A stretch of DNA of 64,000 nt, from positions 21,465,520 through 21,529,519 of the forward strand of contig MU055600.1 in assembly GCA_013239625.1 (NCBI GenBank), given 5' to 3'. Origin of the DNA: Lama guanicoe (lineage: Eukaryota). A model generated the notes under the pieces. It saw nothing but the letters and a program-made list of their open reading frames with translations, was not told where the DNA came from and searched no databases. Position 1 is the stretch's first letter; the number at the start of each line of letters is the position of its first letter. The position numbers and the translations under genes are program-made. Below, one piece after another: positions 48,081 through 61,420 of this stretch.

Positions 48081-51000
48081 CAGATTCCACGAAACCACAA
48101 TCGGCGAAGAGGCCGACGGCGTCGCAGGGCCCAGCGGAGCCGAGCCGTGGGCCCTGCGCCTTGGCCCCTGCCCCCCGGGCTGGTGGCTGCCCCACCCGCC
48201 TCCACCTGGACGGGCGGTGCGCGATCCGGGGTCCGACTGCGCGGCCACGGCTCCTGGGCCTGGAGTCCTGAGCCTCTCCTCCCAGAAATAAAGCCCTTCT
48301 GTCCGGCTCGTTAGGTGAACGGGAGAGTTCTGTGTTTTCAGCAATGAAAGCTGCTGTGGTTTTGTTTTCTCTCTGTTGCCAGGAGTCGAGAGGAAGTCTG
48401 TGGTTAGACATCTTCGGGTGGGGACGTACACAAACACAGCGGCGGCAAGCGAGCTCCCCGGCTTCGGCGCTCCCTGCCCCGACAGGACTCACGAACCTGA
48501 ATGAATGAGAGGGAGGGAGGGACCACCGACCCTCTGTCCTCAGCCTTCCAGACCTGCAGACTCGCTCACCCTTCCTCGTGTCCCCAGCCTGCCTCTTTCC
48601 CATTCTGACAGTAGGATACTGGGCTCCACACTTTTCCTCAAAGGATGAGGCCACCCAGTTTGCCTTCACTCCAATCCAGAGACTGAACCTAAAAGATCCC
48701 TGTGGATTCAGCACCCATCCCAGTAACAGCTGGGGCAGGCACTGCTGGCTACCACCCACCATGGGTGCTAGCCTCTCCTGTTCCATCGAAGCCCTGGATT
48801 TGATCAGGGTGGTGGTGCACCTGAACACCAATGCTCACACCTCCAGCCCCCCATATACCGAGAAGCTGGCCCTTTGATTGCAGTGCTGACCAGTGAGCTA
48901 TTGAACTTCTAAGAAATCCTTTGCATTCATCACATAGGCACCCACTCTTCCTCCTCCTCCCTTCTTGTTCCCTGCCTGGAACTTGAACGCAAGGTCTGGA
49001 GGTGCAGCACCCTCTTTGTGTTTATGAGGTAGCTGTATGAGAATGAAGCTAGAGCAGAAAAACAGAAAGAGGCCAGGCCCTCGATGGCATTATCACCTCC
49101 TTCCCTGGCCTGCACTCTCACCAGGGACTCCTTATTTCATGAGAAAAAAGGCTTCAGCTGGTAAAAACCATTGTAGTTGGGTGTTCTATTATTTCCTACT
49201 TAAAACAAGCACTTCAACTTTTCAAAATCTTTTCACCCCATTCTTTCTTGGGTCCTCACAGAAATCCTTTAAGGTAGATCAATGTGTCTCCTCCCATTTC
49301 TAGATGGGGAAAGGGAGGTTTCACAGTTATGAAGTGGATCAGAGGGTCTGCCAGGACTCTTCCCCCAGCCCATGGCTTTTCCCAAGAAAACCCCTCTTGC
49401 CTGTAGCAGTTCAGAGCCTGCCTCTCCCTGCGGTGGCCCCCCCCCCCGCCGCCCTGACACACACCCACAGGCTGAAGGTGAAAGTTCCTCAGGGACCAGG
49501 AGCATGCGGACTGAGTTCAGCCCCAGCCTCTCACGCCAGGAGCAGACGGGCGCTGTTGTTCTAAAATCCATCCCTTCGAGTCAGAGGATCTGGGTGCAAG
49601 AGCTGGAGCTCCTCACACGCCACGTGGTCCCGGAGGGGTGGGGGCGGATCTCTCTGCAAAACCCCCCGCCTGTCTGTGCAGCGAGCTCGGCAGCTCTCCT
49701 CCTCCTGAGGCTGCGATAACCAGTCAGACACGTGGCAACGCAGGATTCGGGACAAAAGCTAGGTTGTCACCCCCAGCGCTCAGGACGCGGGTAACTCTGC
49801 CTGACAGAGCGCTGCGGGCCCTGCTGTGGCTGCCGTCGTGGTGGCTCCGGTCTGTCTCCAGGTGTGGCTGCGCCCTCAGCTCAGCCCGCCTCGTGCTTCG
49901 AGGGCTTCGTGACGGCTCCCCACCGCTTGTCGACCTCGTGGAGCTGAGAGCTCTGATCTGTAAGAGGGATAATGTCAGTGCTAACGATACTTATTTGCTC
50001 ATTAGCCAGGCTATTTGGTTTCCTAAGCTCTTTACTTTCTTAGTGATCAAAATGTATCCATTCATCCACTTTAAAAAACAAAAAATTGTATCAGACTCTG
50101 TGTTGAGGGTTCTCAAAGTTGGGTGGGACTTAAAGGTCGTCCGGTCCATCCTGCGCCTCTCAGCCCACCCCTCCCCGTTCAGGGCCGGCGTGCCCTCTTC
50201 AGGCCCCCCGCCCCAGATCCACAATGGACATGCAGCCTCCACTTGTTCACAGCAGAGATGAGGAGCTGCTGCCTCCCGAGGCAGTCCCTTCACCTCCCAG
50301 CACTCTCTGTTAGAACATCTTTCCTCCAACAGACACTCCTTGGCAGACACAAGGATGTGTTCTTGGCAAACCTCTAGTGCTGTGCACACTTGCCTGTGTG
50401 GGACGGCGGCTGGCAGAGTCGGTGGGGGACAAGGAGCCCACGTGAGGTGCCACCAAACAGGAAGCACCATCTGTGCGGGACGATGGCAGTGAGAGGAAGT
50501 GCCGAGCAGCTGCCCTGGGAGGCTCCAGGGGCAGCCCTTCCCCTCATCGCACCGCGCCGCTCGTGAAAAGCAGCTGTTCAGCTCATCCCGCCACCCCGGG
50601 TGGTCGCTGGGAGGGGCCAGGCCGCGCCGCCGTGACAGCAGCGCGCCCTCGGGGCCCTGGCACGATGGGAGATTCTCCCTCGTCCTGTAAGGTACATGGC
50701 GAGCTGGGAGAGCCTTCCCCGTTCTGCACGCCATCGGGAACACAGGGCCCCCCGAGTCTCCATCTCAGCCTCTGGGGCAGAGGAGGCCGGGGAGGGGGCG
50801 GAGCCTGGGGACATGCGGTGAGCGCGGCCTGTCCCGGCACATCGCGGGCCACACCAGCAGAGAGACACGTGTCAGCTCTGCCAGGAAGGGTCTCCACCCG
50901 CTGCTGTTCACAGAGTGGCTGTCACGTGGCAGTCTGGTGGGCCCTGTCCTCCGGGGTGGCCTGGCTCTCCCGCCCACGGCAACCACATGCCATTGCAGTG

Positions 51001-53232
51001 AGGCCCCGCTTCGTGTGTAGAGGTCTCTGCCCCCCCCCATTGCCACTGTGCCTCACCTCCCCCACTGCAGAGGCAGCTCCTGTCGCACGGCTTCTCCTCA
51101 TCCAGCTCCCTGAGACGAGTCCTGTCCTGGCTATCCAGTCCCTGGGAGAATGGGAGGGACAGATCACCGAAGAGACTGGAGGAAAGTGGGCGATTCCTGG
51201 CTTGTTGAATCAGTTCCTCGGTCCTCCTTTGAGGGGAGGAAGTTGGGTCAGCCGTGAAGTGGAAAGAAAATTGAAGAAGAGTGGAGAGGAGGAAAGAAGG
51301 AGGGACAGGAAAAGACACGGATGTGAAGTCTGTCTGCACAGCAGAGCTACGACAGGACGAAGAGGGGCGGCCTGCTGGGCGCACTGGCGTCGGGCGGCTG
51401 TGCTGGGACGCACGCTTCTAGAGAAGACTTGAGGCCTGAGATGGTGAGACAGAGAAGCGCAGGGGGCCTCGCCCTTCCTCACGTCTGAGATGTGCGTGAA
51501 GACTGACGTGTCTCCCGCTCTGTTGCTTGCTGCATTGTGCGTCTTTCAGCGGGACTTGCTGTAGAGACGGGGTCACCAGGAGCCCCGGCGCTGACTCGGG
51601 TTACATTAATCGCAAAATCAAAACTGAAGCATGGCCCTTTCCCGAAGCAGGTGAGGCACGTGCAGAAGAGTCAGGAAGGGGCTGCACCTGCTCAGAGACA
51701 GGCTGACGTGCTGTTGTGACGCGAAGATGAGGAGCGTGGGGCAGCAGCCGCGCGAGGCGCCCCCACCAGCGCCGGGTTGTGGGCACCCCGTCCCACTGGG
51801 GTCCCCGGGCCTGGACTGCGTTTCCTGGACGCACGCTGACGTGGGAGCCTGCCTCCCGCCTCCGCTCACTGTCCTCCGCTTGGGGAGGCTGCAGCCACGT
51901 GAGCTCTGCTGGCCGCCTCCCCCGCTGAGTCACAGAGGCTTCCTGTCACCTGAAACCCCAGCACCCTTCACTTGTGCTGCTGACCAGGTGCCCCACATCC
52001 TGTGTGCGTCCGCTGGGCGTTCCGAGCCCAGTGTGAGCACAGGCGTCGGCGGCCTTGCGGCCGGGTGGGAGTTAATTTGGACCCAAGTTTAGTGTCAGCC
52101 CTGTTCCTGCCTCTCACCATCCCCGCACTGTCCAGCCCTCCCCTTCCCCTCATGCCCCTTGGTGACAAGGCCGTTCGGCGCTGCAGGCGACCCGAGCCCA
52201 GGCTTCAGAGTCAGCCCTCTGTGAGCTCCAGGTCTTAGCCTGTTCCCGGCTGCAGGACCCCGGGCGAGCCACTCACCCTCTCCTGGTCTGTAAACGGGCA
52301 ATGAGACCTGCCTCTCAGATACGCTGTCGGGGGAAATAACCTAGAAATGAGCTACGTGCCGTACTTGGAGTGGCTCCTGACTCAGGAGATTCTCAGTAAA
52401 TGTTCGCCTTCTCCCCACGTCCGTCGGTGGCAGTGAGGGTCCAAGTCAGGGCCGCTGAAGGTCGAGGGGGTGGGGAGAGGCCGCACTTTGGGCTGGGGGC
52501 TCAGAGAAGGCCTTTCGAAGAAAAGTGCATGGCTCAGCGCATCAGTCCACGAGTGGGCCTTGATTTGAGCCATCAAGTTCAGCAGGTGTGAGGGGCACAG
52601 GCCTGCCCCACCCCACGTCCCTTGCTTTATTCCCTCACTGTGAGGAGGCGCCGCCCCCTCTTGGATTCAGAGACAGGCCATGTCACTCGCTTCAGCTAAG
52701 GGATGGCGGCCAATGTGTGGTAAGCAGGCGTTTGGGAAAGCTCTTGAATGGTTAGCCCCAGCTACCCTGGTGGAGCGTGAGAAACGGGGGCCGTGGAGCA
52801 GAGTTGCCCCCGTTGTCCCAGATGAGGCCAAGATCCACCCACAGGACCCATCCCCAGACGCTTCAGGAGCTCAGCCAAGGCCAGAAGGAGCTCCCCGCTG
52901 ACTCAGTAAATCAGGGAGCGAAAGGACGCTTCTTGTTTGAAGCCCCTGAGTTTGGGATGGCTTGTTCCACGGTATCATTCTGCCAACACGATCGCAAACT
53001 AGCACATGATTGGTGCCCAACGTGCGTGCATTTCCTCCATCACCCCACCCACCCCGACCTTCAGGTGCAACGCTGGTTCTCACAGAGACGGTCGGAAGCA
53101 CCCCTCACGGGCTGGCTTGATTTCAAGCCTCCATGTCGCTGTTACTCCCGCTTCAGGTTGATTGCAGACTCTGACTGCTCAATTGTGATTAAATACTAAA
53201 TCATAAGCTGCTTACAAAATGCTGCAAAAAGC

Positions 53233-53374
53233 NNNNNNNNNNNNNNNNNNNNNNNNNNNNNNNNNNNNNNNNNNNNNNNNNNNNNNNNNNNNNNNNNNNN
53301 NNNNNNNNNNNNNNNNNNNNNNNNNNNNNNNNNNNNNNNNNNNNNNNNNNNNNNNNNNNNNNNNNNNNNNNNNN
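53233..53374. other. Assembly gap (142 N)
   Basis: Run of n, seen directly. Confidence 1.
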
Positions 53375-54334
53375 AAGACTTGGCGAGGGTTGTCTGAAAA
53401 TAGCTAGCAAGCAGCAAAGTTTCCCCTTACTGTGCTGGTGTTTTTCTGGGCCCGACTTCAATGTTTTCACAGGCTACTGCACGGAAAGGGTGCTGCAGGC
53501 CCCCGCGCTGCTGGCGGGGAAGGCCGAGAAACACCAGCAAGGATTTACAGGGGGCAGGGCTGCCAGCATCCCGGGGAGTGCACGCTTCGCAGCCAGCGAC
53601 TGCACGTTCCCGCAGGTCCACGCAGCTCAGCATCGGGCCTCCCTTAATGTGCTGAGGTGCTAGGGGAGGGAAGGCAGGGTTTTCTAACTTGATTTTCCAC
53701 TTGGATCAGTTTTCACGGGGTGACTGTGAGTTAATCTCACGGGGCCAGCAGCGCTCTTAATAGAAATGGAATCCAGCCTTAAAACTGCAGGGCAGAGCTC
53801 TGCTCACCTCTGCTGATCGAGGGCTGAGGGTGCTAAGAGAGGCTTTGGCTCAGGCTCAGATAAGCCCCCAGGTCCAGGAGAGAGCCGGGCTGTGGCTGCC
53901 CTGGTTCTCATTTCATCCTGGCCCCTCCGTGACCTCCGAAGGGCTCAGAGCAAGCGTGTGTTGATGAGGGGGGCTGGGGCACTCGCACAAGGATCGGCTC
54001 GCTGATGGAGCTCCAAAGACGGCCTGTCAGCTCCCTCAGCCACACGTCTCGCACATGAGCCGGCATCCTCCTGAGTCAGAATTGGGGGTCCCTTCCTGGG
54101 GAGCGGCAGTGTCCCATGGTTAGCAGGACTGCAGACTCCAGGCTTGGCAACCAGACCCAGCCACCCCTGCCTCCTCCTGGCTTCACGACCAAGTGCGTTC
54201 ACCATGCTCTGTCCTCCAGCTGGGAAACACGTCCGCCTTGCAGGGTCACTGAGGGGTGACAGGGACAGAATGTGACAGAGACCAACTCCTAAACAGATCG
54301 CTGCAATGGCTGATGAGTGCAATGATTAAGATAT

Positions 54335-54505
54335 GCCCAGGGCCCTTCAGGATACCTGACGCTGTCTGTGAAGGTCGGAGCATGCAGGGAAGGCTTCCTG
54401 GAGGAAGTGAGGCTGGAGCTGTGTCTTGAAGGTTGACTAGGAGCCAACCAGCAGGGCAGGATGGGGAAGAGCATTCCAGAAAGAGACGGCCACGTGAGCA
54501 AACTG
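54335..54505 (-). mobile_element. L2 LINE fragment
   Basis: cagggaaggcttcctggaggaagtgaggctggagctgtgtcttgaagg...ggaagagcattccagaaagag. Confidence 0.8.
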
Positions 54506-55796
54506 TTGCCAAGCAGCTTCTGTCTGAACCCTTCTGGTGACTCGCTGCCAAAAAGCCCTGTCCAGCTAGGACAGCTTGGGCTATCAGGACATCCTTTCTT
54601 CAGAGAGGCTCTCTGTGGCCTCCAGCCGTTGGCCCGTTTCTCCTACAAGGACTAAGCCGAAGGCAGCGTGTCTTCCCTTCTCCAGCTAATCGGCTCCAGC
54701 CCCACCAGGCACCGCAGGTGCACCGGGGGTGGGGCGTGCGCCAGGCTGGCTCCATTCTTGGCCTGCAGCGCGGCCCAGCATCCCAGGAGAACAGGGCTCA
54801 GAGCCCTGAAGATGCCCAAAGAACCCATCTGAAATATAAGCGCCCTTGGGGTTGGGGCCGAACTTTAGAGCAGAGGGCCCAGCTCAGGGCAGAGGGTCTG
54901 TCTCAGCTCTGCCTCCAGGGGCCTGACAGCTGCAGCCTGAAGCCCTGACCGGCGAACAGTCTGTGGCCTCTTTGAGTCAACAGCCTAGAGGAAGAGAGGC
55001 AGTGAGGGAGGGGGCTCACCCTGACCTTGAGGGTCCGGCTCCCAGCTCAGCCGGGGGTAGCCCCGGGCGGCCTGCCTCGGTGAGCACCGGGTGTGGAGTC
55101 AACATGGGGCAAGGACTTCGAGGCGGCCCCGGCCCACGGGAAGACCTTCCAGGGCTGGACGAGGCAAACTCGTGACTTCAAGGGCCCCCGGGACGACCCC
55201 TGCCACCAAGAGCTGTCCCCTCCCACAGCACAAATAGCCAGCGTCCCCTGCAGAGCCGCTCTTGCCTGAGAGCCCCCCTGCGAACACTGGGGCCGGCGGT
55301 GCCCGGTGAGCGCTTGGCCCCTGTGCCCGGTGACTTGGCGTAAAGGCCCCGAGAAGGGCGCCTCACAGGGCACTGTCTGTGTGTTTGTTAACTGTTACTC
55401 CAGAGAGTTTCCAGGAGTGGAGGAAAAGACTGCAGGGTGTGATAGCGCAGAGGGACCATGATTTGCCTGCTCCTCGTACAGAAAAGAAAAAAACCACAGT
55501 GAACTGTAGCTGCAGGAGAAACCACGCTTGTCCTCCCTTGAGTGATTCACGCCTTTAACTGATAGAATCAGCTGCCTCTTTGCTTCCCCTGAGAGTCACC
55601 TGTTGTCCCGGAAAGCATGAAATGAAAGAGCACTGCTTGGTGCCAGGCGACGTCCGTTCCAATCCCGCACAGGGCCCTCTGGCTCTGCCCCTTCCGGGCC
55701 ACGTCCCCCGCCGTGTGAAGGGACGGCTGGTGGGCGCGATCTCAGTGCTGTTAAACACGTACTGCCACCCACCCCCCGAATCCCTCAGTAACGCTT

Positions 55797-55886
55797 CCTA
55801 ATTAATCACCCTGTGTACTGCATTTTAAATTAATTAAATTAAAAGTAATTAAATCCAGGAAATTGAAATTAGTCTAATTAGATTAG
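55797..55886. promoter_or_regulatory. Homeodomain-site cluster with two P3 (TAAT-N3-ATTA) palindromes; candidate developmental enhancer core
   Basis: TAATTAAATTA 55831-55841; TAATTAGATTA 55875-55885; additional TAATTA at 55799 and 55846; an AT-rich island in GC-rich unique DNA. Confidence 0.55.
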
Positions 55887-57849
55887 AGGCACACCCAGCG
55901 ACTGTGGCGAGGGGCGCCATGTAAGTCGGTCAGTTTCAGTGCAGAAACGAGAAACTCGGATCACAGGCAGGTGGTTAAGAGGGAGAGGCAAGTCCTACAC
56001 GGACGGGTGGAGGCCGATGTGCTCACGGTACCAGCAGCCGGTGCTGCCTTCATGAGGGCTTCCCTGGCCCGAGCCTGCCCAGTCGGACCCCAGAGACCCC
56101 CTGAGGTAGGGCTGCGGCTCTGCCTGCCTGGTGGGGGGAGGCAGGCTGTGCTGTGCGGCAGATCGCGGTGGAAACCCACGTGGTCATCCCGCCTGCCTCC
56201 AGACCACCCCCCAGACGCCCAGCAGAGTGCAGACGCGCCGGTGGCCAGGGCCTCGGCTGGTCACGGGAGCCCACGTGGGTGCCCGTCCTTGAAGATGCCA
56301 ATGAGACCGTCTCGGGAGCAGGAGACGTGTGCCTCGTCCCTTTCAGCTCCTCACTGACAATTAGCCTGACCTTCTCCTCCGAAATTATGCCAGCAGCAAC
56401 TTCTACCGCTGCTTTGCTGAGCTGGCTCCACTGCCGGGGGGGAGCAAGTCCTGAAGACGAGTAAAGGCAGTTGTTTCCTTGCCACCATCAAAGGCAGGAC
56501 TGGCTGCTGCGTGGTGATTTTCAAGGCAATTCAAAATTAACTTCAAATTACCACGAGCTGACTCCCTCCCCACCTTGCTCTCAAGCCCTCTCTCCCGGCT
56601 CTGCCTGTAGCCCGACTTTGTTCACAGAGCAGAACTGCTCCCAGCCTCCCCGCGCTCCGCTTTGAAGCCAGCCCATGTTTTCCCACTTCACCCCTCCATC
56701 CCTCTGGGCGGTGGTCCCCCCTCCCCCAAACGAGTCCGGGAGGCTCAAACAGCAAGCGTTTGCCTTTTCTAAGAAGAGGCTCCAAGGTGCCATGTGCTTC
56801 CAGCCAGAAAAGCGCCTCTGGGGCGTGCTTGCTAGAGGCGGCATACACAAGCCAGGCGGGGTGGCCTCTGGGGTGCAGCACGCCGTCCCCGAGGGCTCCC
56901 CAGGCAGGGAACGAAGTGACGGGGAGAGGAGACAGAGCAGCAGGACGGTGCTGGGGAGACAGGTTCCACGGCCCGTTATTTCAGCCATGCGTGCACGCGA
57001 GGAGCCCACGGTTCTTTTGGAATAGGTTCCAAGGCCACTTCCTACGGGAAGTCTCCTCGCACGGCCTCTGCCCACAGCGCACACTCACTCCCCTTCCTGG
57101 GAGTTTAGCCTCCCTGCCTGCCCAGCCCCGCGTTTCCAGGTGCCCAGCCTGCTGCCCATTTGACAGGTGCCCTGTGTCTGGGAACCCAGCACAGCCTGAA
57201 GCAGCGTGAGGTCCCCCTTGTCCCCTGCCCTGCCCCCCTCCTAGGAGTACGGCCAGAGGGACTGTGTCACTCTCCGGGGGCCCCGGAGCCTGGCCCAAGC
57301 CCTTGGATGTCTCAGTCCCAGTCAGAACCCAGCAACTGCTTATAACTGGGTGATGGTTTCCTTCAAAGGCTGCCAGAGCCTGCTTCCTTCCCTTTAATGA
57401 CTGAAGGGAACACGCGTGGTAAGCATGTTTCCAACCCCAACTCTGTTGCTGCCTGCCCTCCGCCTGTAGACCGAGTAACCAAGGTTCCCTCCGGCACGGC
57501 CCCGAAGGGCTGGGCGGCTTCCGGGGCGACTGGAAGTCCAGTGGTGAAGGGGCTGCTCGCTCCCACTTGCTGGCTGGCTCCCTTGGAGGAGCCGGGTACG
57601 TCCCGCCCTCCTGAGCTCCTCCTACTCGGGGCTCAGGTCCTCTGGGCTGTGGCCGGGCCCTGGGACCCTGAAGACAGGCCACGTGAGAGCTCCCTTCAGA
57701 GGAGACGCCCACCCCCTAGCGGGTGAAAGCGGGGCGTCTCCTTGTGCTGCGCGCAGGGAGCCTTGGTCGGTGCGAGCAGCCCCCAGCCTGCAAGAGGCGG
57801 GCCTGGCCCTTCCCACCAGGCTGGGCCGAGGTTGCCAGTGAGAATTCCG

Positions 57850-58235
57850 CTAGGGCGGCCAGGGGAGGCCTCGCTGCGGAGGGGGCATCTGGGCTGAGGC
57901 TTGAATGATAAGACCACGCCCTGGCAGCTTCCAGGACGGTGGTTCCAGGCAACGGGAGCAGCTAGTGCAAAGGCCCCGGGGCAGGAGCCAGCGGCCGGGT
58001 TCAAGGAGCCAAGGGAAGGCCCTGCAGCCAGAATATGGAGGCCCCAGAGCATCAGAGGGAAGAACGGGATGGGGAGGGGAGCCAGGCCAGCCCTGTGGGC
58101 CCCTGCATCCAGGGATGAAGAGTCTAGACTTCAAGTTCAACAACAGGCGGTTGAAGAGCTTGAGGGGGAGGGACATTTTGAGGTCATTCTGGCTGCGTTT
58201 GACCTGGGAAGACCTGACGGCTTGGGCCAGAGGGC
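57850..58235 (-). mobile_element. L2 LINE fragment
   Basis: cagggggaggcctcgctgcggagggggcatctgggctgaggcttgaatga...ttccaggcaacgggagcagctagtgcaaaggccccggggcagga. Confidence 0.8.
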
Positions 58236-59290
58236 TGGGAAAGGAGGGGAGCCAAAGGATTCCGGAGGCGCGTCAGAAGTGCCGCCGATGAGCCCCCGGG
58301 TGATGGGGGGGCCGTGCGGAGGGGCCAAAGGCGGGGACCAAGGACAGTTTTGTCTTGAGCAGTAGGGTTGCGTTTGCTGGGGTGCAGAAGGCCCGGGGGG
58401 CTTACAGGCAAGGCTCCTCGCTTGGCGGAGGCGCACAGCGGGCCGGCTGCCGCCCCCCGTCACTGCCGTGGCGGTGCCGGCTGCTCTGCCCAGGTCCCCT
58501 CCTCAGAGCCGATGTGCTGGTCCTCCAGCCGACCCGAGGCTCATGCCGTCCCTCCTCCAAACCTGCCTCGGACCACGGCAAGCTGCCCGCCCACCACAGC
58601 CACGGCCGACAGCTGGCTGCCGTGCGGATACACCCCAGCCCTGCCACCTCAAGCCAAGGCCACTCCGAGCGGCCGCCTCGGCCCAGAGACTCCGTGGGCC
58701 GGGCGGGGGCCCCAGCGCGGACGCACCGCCGGCCAGCCTCTCCCTGCCCGTCGGCCGCCTCGCGCGTGTGCCTCCTGTGAGCTTCCTCCCCAGCTCGTCC
58801 GCACAACCTGTCCCGGGGTCTGTTTCCAGGAAACCTCCTCTGAGACGGCGATTACTACCACCATCATCAGTGTTACTTGATCGTCTCTAGGATCCCATCC
58901 AACCTTCACAAGTCTGTGAAGACTTCTGAAGTGGCCTCTCAGACATGCCTAACCCCTCCTGCCTGAGACCCCGGCTCCAACCTGGGTCACCTCCAACGCG
59001 CCGTCCCTGAGAAAGTGCTCATGTCTCCTACGGCTTTGTCTGGAGAAGCGTGCTGGTGATAATTTAGACCCTGGCATCCACGCTGAGAAGGGGCAGGTAC
59101 CCAGGGAGCTGAACGACGCACCAGGGACTGCAGAGGCCGCTTGATGAACACCCCGACAGCCCGGTCCCCAGGGCGGGTGGAGCCATGAGGACCAAGAGCT
59201 CCCTCTGTGTTCCGGGCAAGCCGTCTCCACGCGCACTTCTGCAGCCACACAGACACGGTGTGGAACTGTGACCTCCTCTGCGCACGTGAC

Positions 59291-59310
59291 TGTGTGTGTG
59301 TGTGTGTGTG
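59291..59310. repeat. (TG)10 microsatellite
   Basis: Seen directly. Confidence 0.95.
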
Positions 59311-60869
59311 TTGCCCGGAAGCGGCAGAATGTGCCGTCTGTGGTCGCTGGACAGACGCAGGGCCGCCAGACGTGACTCACAGGTCATGCCCGGTACCAGG
59401 GCACCTGGCTGGGAGGACAGCGGGGGCTAGGACCCAACCCCTTAATTTTTGGCCCCCCTGGGCGCCCTTGCAGAGGGGCCTCTTCCTAGAAGCGCCCCTC
59501 CCTAGTTCTGCTCGCCGAGCCTCTCGAGCCCGGACGCAGGGCCAGTTCCGCCCAGAGCCACTGGTTTTTTCTAATTTGCACAAAGACTCCAAATGAACAG
59601 AAACAAGGAGCCCTGGTCATTTCACTCTTGTCTCTCAGCTCCAGATCCATCCTTCTCTTCACGACTGGGTGGTGCTGGGGAAGGAACTCCACAAACCACC
59701 CTCCCCTCTGCTCCCTGCTGGGCTCCCTCCCGCCGGCACGGAGCCCGCGGGAGGCAGGAGGAGAGACGAGGGCTCCGTCTGGCCCGTTTGCTTCCTACTC
59801 CTGGCAGCGTCCCCGCCGCACACTTGCACCCTGCATCCGTGTCACGCTCTCAGAACCAGGCAGAGCACCCGCTCAGACACATGGGCACCGGTCAGCCGGC
59901 GCCCCTCGCTCTACAGTCTCTTCTCCAAGCTTCCGGGCTCTGACAAACCCAGCCTCTCTTCGTTCCCCCACCCACCCTGCTTTTTCACAGTTACTGTCTC
60001 TGGGCGCCCCCAGGGACCACTTCCTGTGCTTCCAGTCCTCCGGCAGGTTTTGATCAACGCCCTACATTAAAATCTGTCTGTGAAAATAACTGTTTCCCGC
60101 TTGACCGTTGTGCGTGCTGTAGGTGGCGTAACTTCCCCCCCTCCGAGCTTCTCACGGGCACAGCTCCCCATCCGGTTGTGGGCATTCACTTATTCATTCA
60201 GCAAACTCGTGTGTCCCGTAATCCCTACACAGCGTGCACGTGGCAAAGGACTTCGGGTTCCATGTCTATGCAGGGGCACCGTCCGCACCTTTGGGGGTGT
60301 GTATGGCACCTAACTGGGAGAACGTGCAAAAACGCGGGTGCCTGGGATTCACCCTGGGAATCGGAGATGTGAAGTGGGGAAGAGTGGTTTCCACAGGGCC
60401 TGCTGAGTTTTTTAGAAACAAGCCATGTATTACGCTTGTATTTTGAAAACCTGATTAATGCTCACGGATTCAGTGCCATCTGAGTGCCAGGCAGAGGGGT
60501 CGCCCTGCAGATACACAGATGTCTTGCCCTCCCTGCTCAGCCCAGGCTGACACCACGTGCCAGCAGGGCCCCGTCCCTGGGTGTCCCTTTCCTTAATCTA
60601 CAGATTCAGAGGAGCCTTCTTGGCAGATTAGCGGCTGACGGGAGAACCCCAGCCGCGGCAGCAGCCCTCAGACGGCGCGACTAGATGAGACTCAAAGAGT
60701 GGTGTACAGAGACACTAATGTGCGGCGTGTCCTGCCCAACGTCGTGTGCGTGGAGTAGACGGCTAGAAGCAAGGAGCGTTCCGACAGGAAGGGACGGGAC
60801 AGCTGACAGGGGACACCTGAGCTGCACCCCTGCATGCAACCGGAAGCCTCCTCATGCTGTGACCCCACC

Positions 60870-61420
60870 GAGGGAGCAGAGCTGACCTCAACCCCTGCCC
60901 TCGGGGTGGGGCTGGTTGTTCCAGACCAATCCTAAGGCGGGTGGCCCTAAGCCCCCGCCCTGGGGATCGGTTTGGGTGACTTAGACGTGAGCCAGTCAGC
61001 TGGAAGTCCTGGGCTTCTGTTTGACGACTGTTAGAAGTGGTGCCCTCTTTCCGAGCGTGATGGTCAAAATTTTGAATAACTTCTCCAAGTCAGACTCTGA
61101 CCCACTGGAACCAAAGTAGACTCAGTCCAGATAAACTCGGATCCAAGCAACTGGTTTGGTGACCGTGCTCAGTGCCTTCGATGCCCCTGCCCCTCTCCCT
61201 GGCTGTGAAGCATGTGACGGCAGTTGCTGCTGGCAACCCTTTTGTGACCATGAGGCAAGCCACCCTGAGGAGTAAAAGGATACACAGAGGAGGGCTGGAC
61301 GAAGAGCCCTGGTCAGACCATGCCAAGCTCTGCGCCCCCTTCATCGCTTGGTCCTACTTGTGTGAGGTCTTGAGACCGTGTGAGGGATGGCTTTTCTGTT
61401 TGTTTGGCTGGTTGCTTGGT
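60870..61420 (+). mobile_element. Old MaLR LTR remnants (MLT1J/K/L-like, possibly two pieces)
   Basis: gcagttgctgctggcaacccttttgtgaccatgaggcaagcca...ttttctgtttgtttggctg. Confidence 0.55.

Noticed and set aside
49024-49045. tgaggtag let-7-like seed
   Set aside because: The match stops after 8 nt and there is no hairpin partner.
50473-51432. 319-aa ORF, and similar ORFs at 16701-17570, 12738-13487, 40098-40937 and 625-1305
   Set aside because: No recognisable homology or exon structure. Several begin at non-ATG codons, and overlapping ORFs in many frames indicate a compositional artefact.
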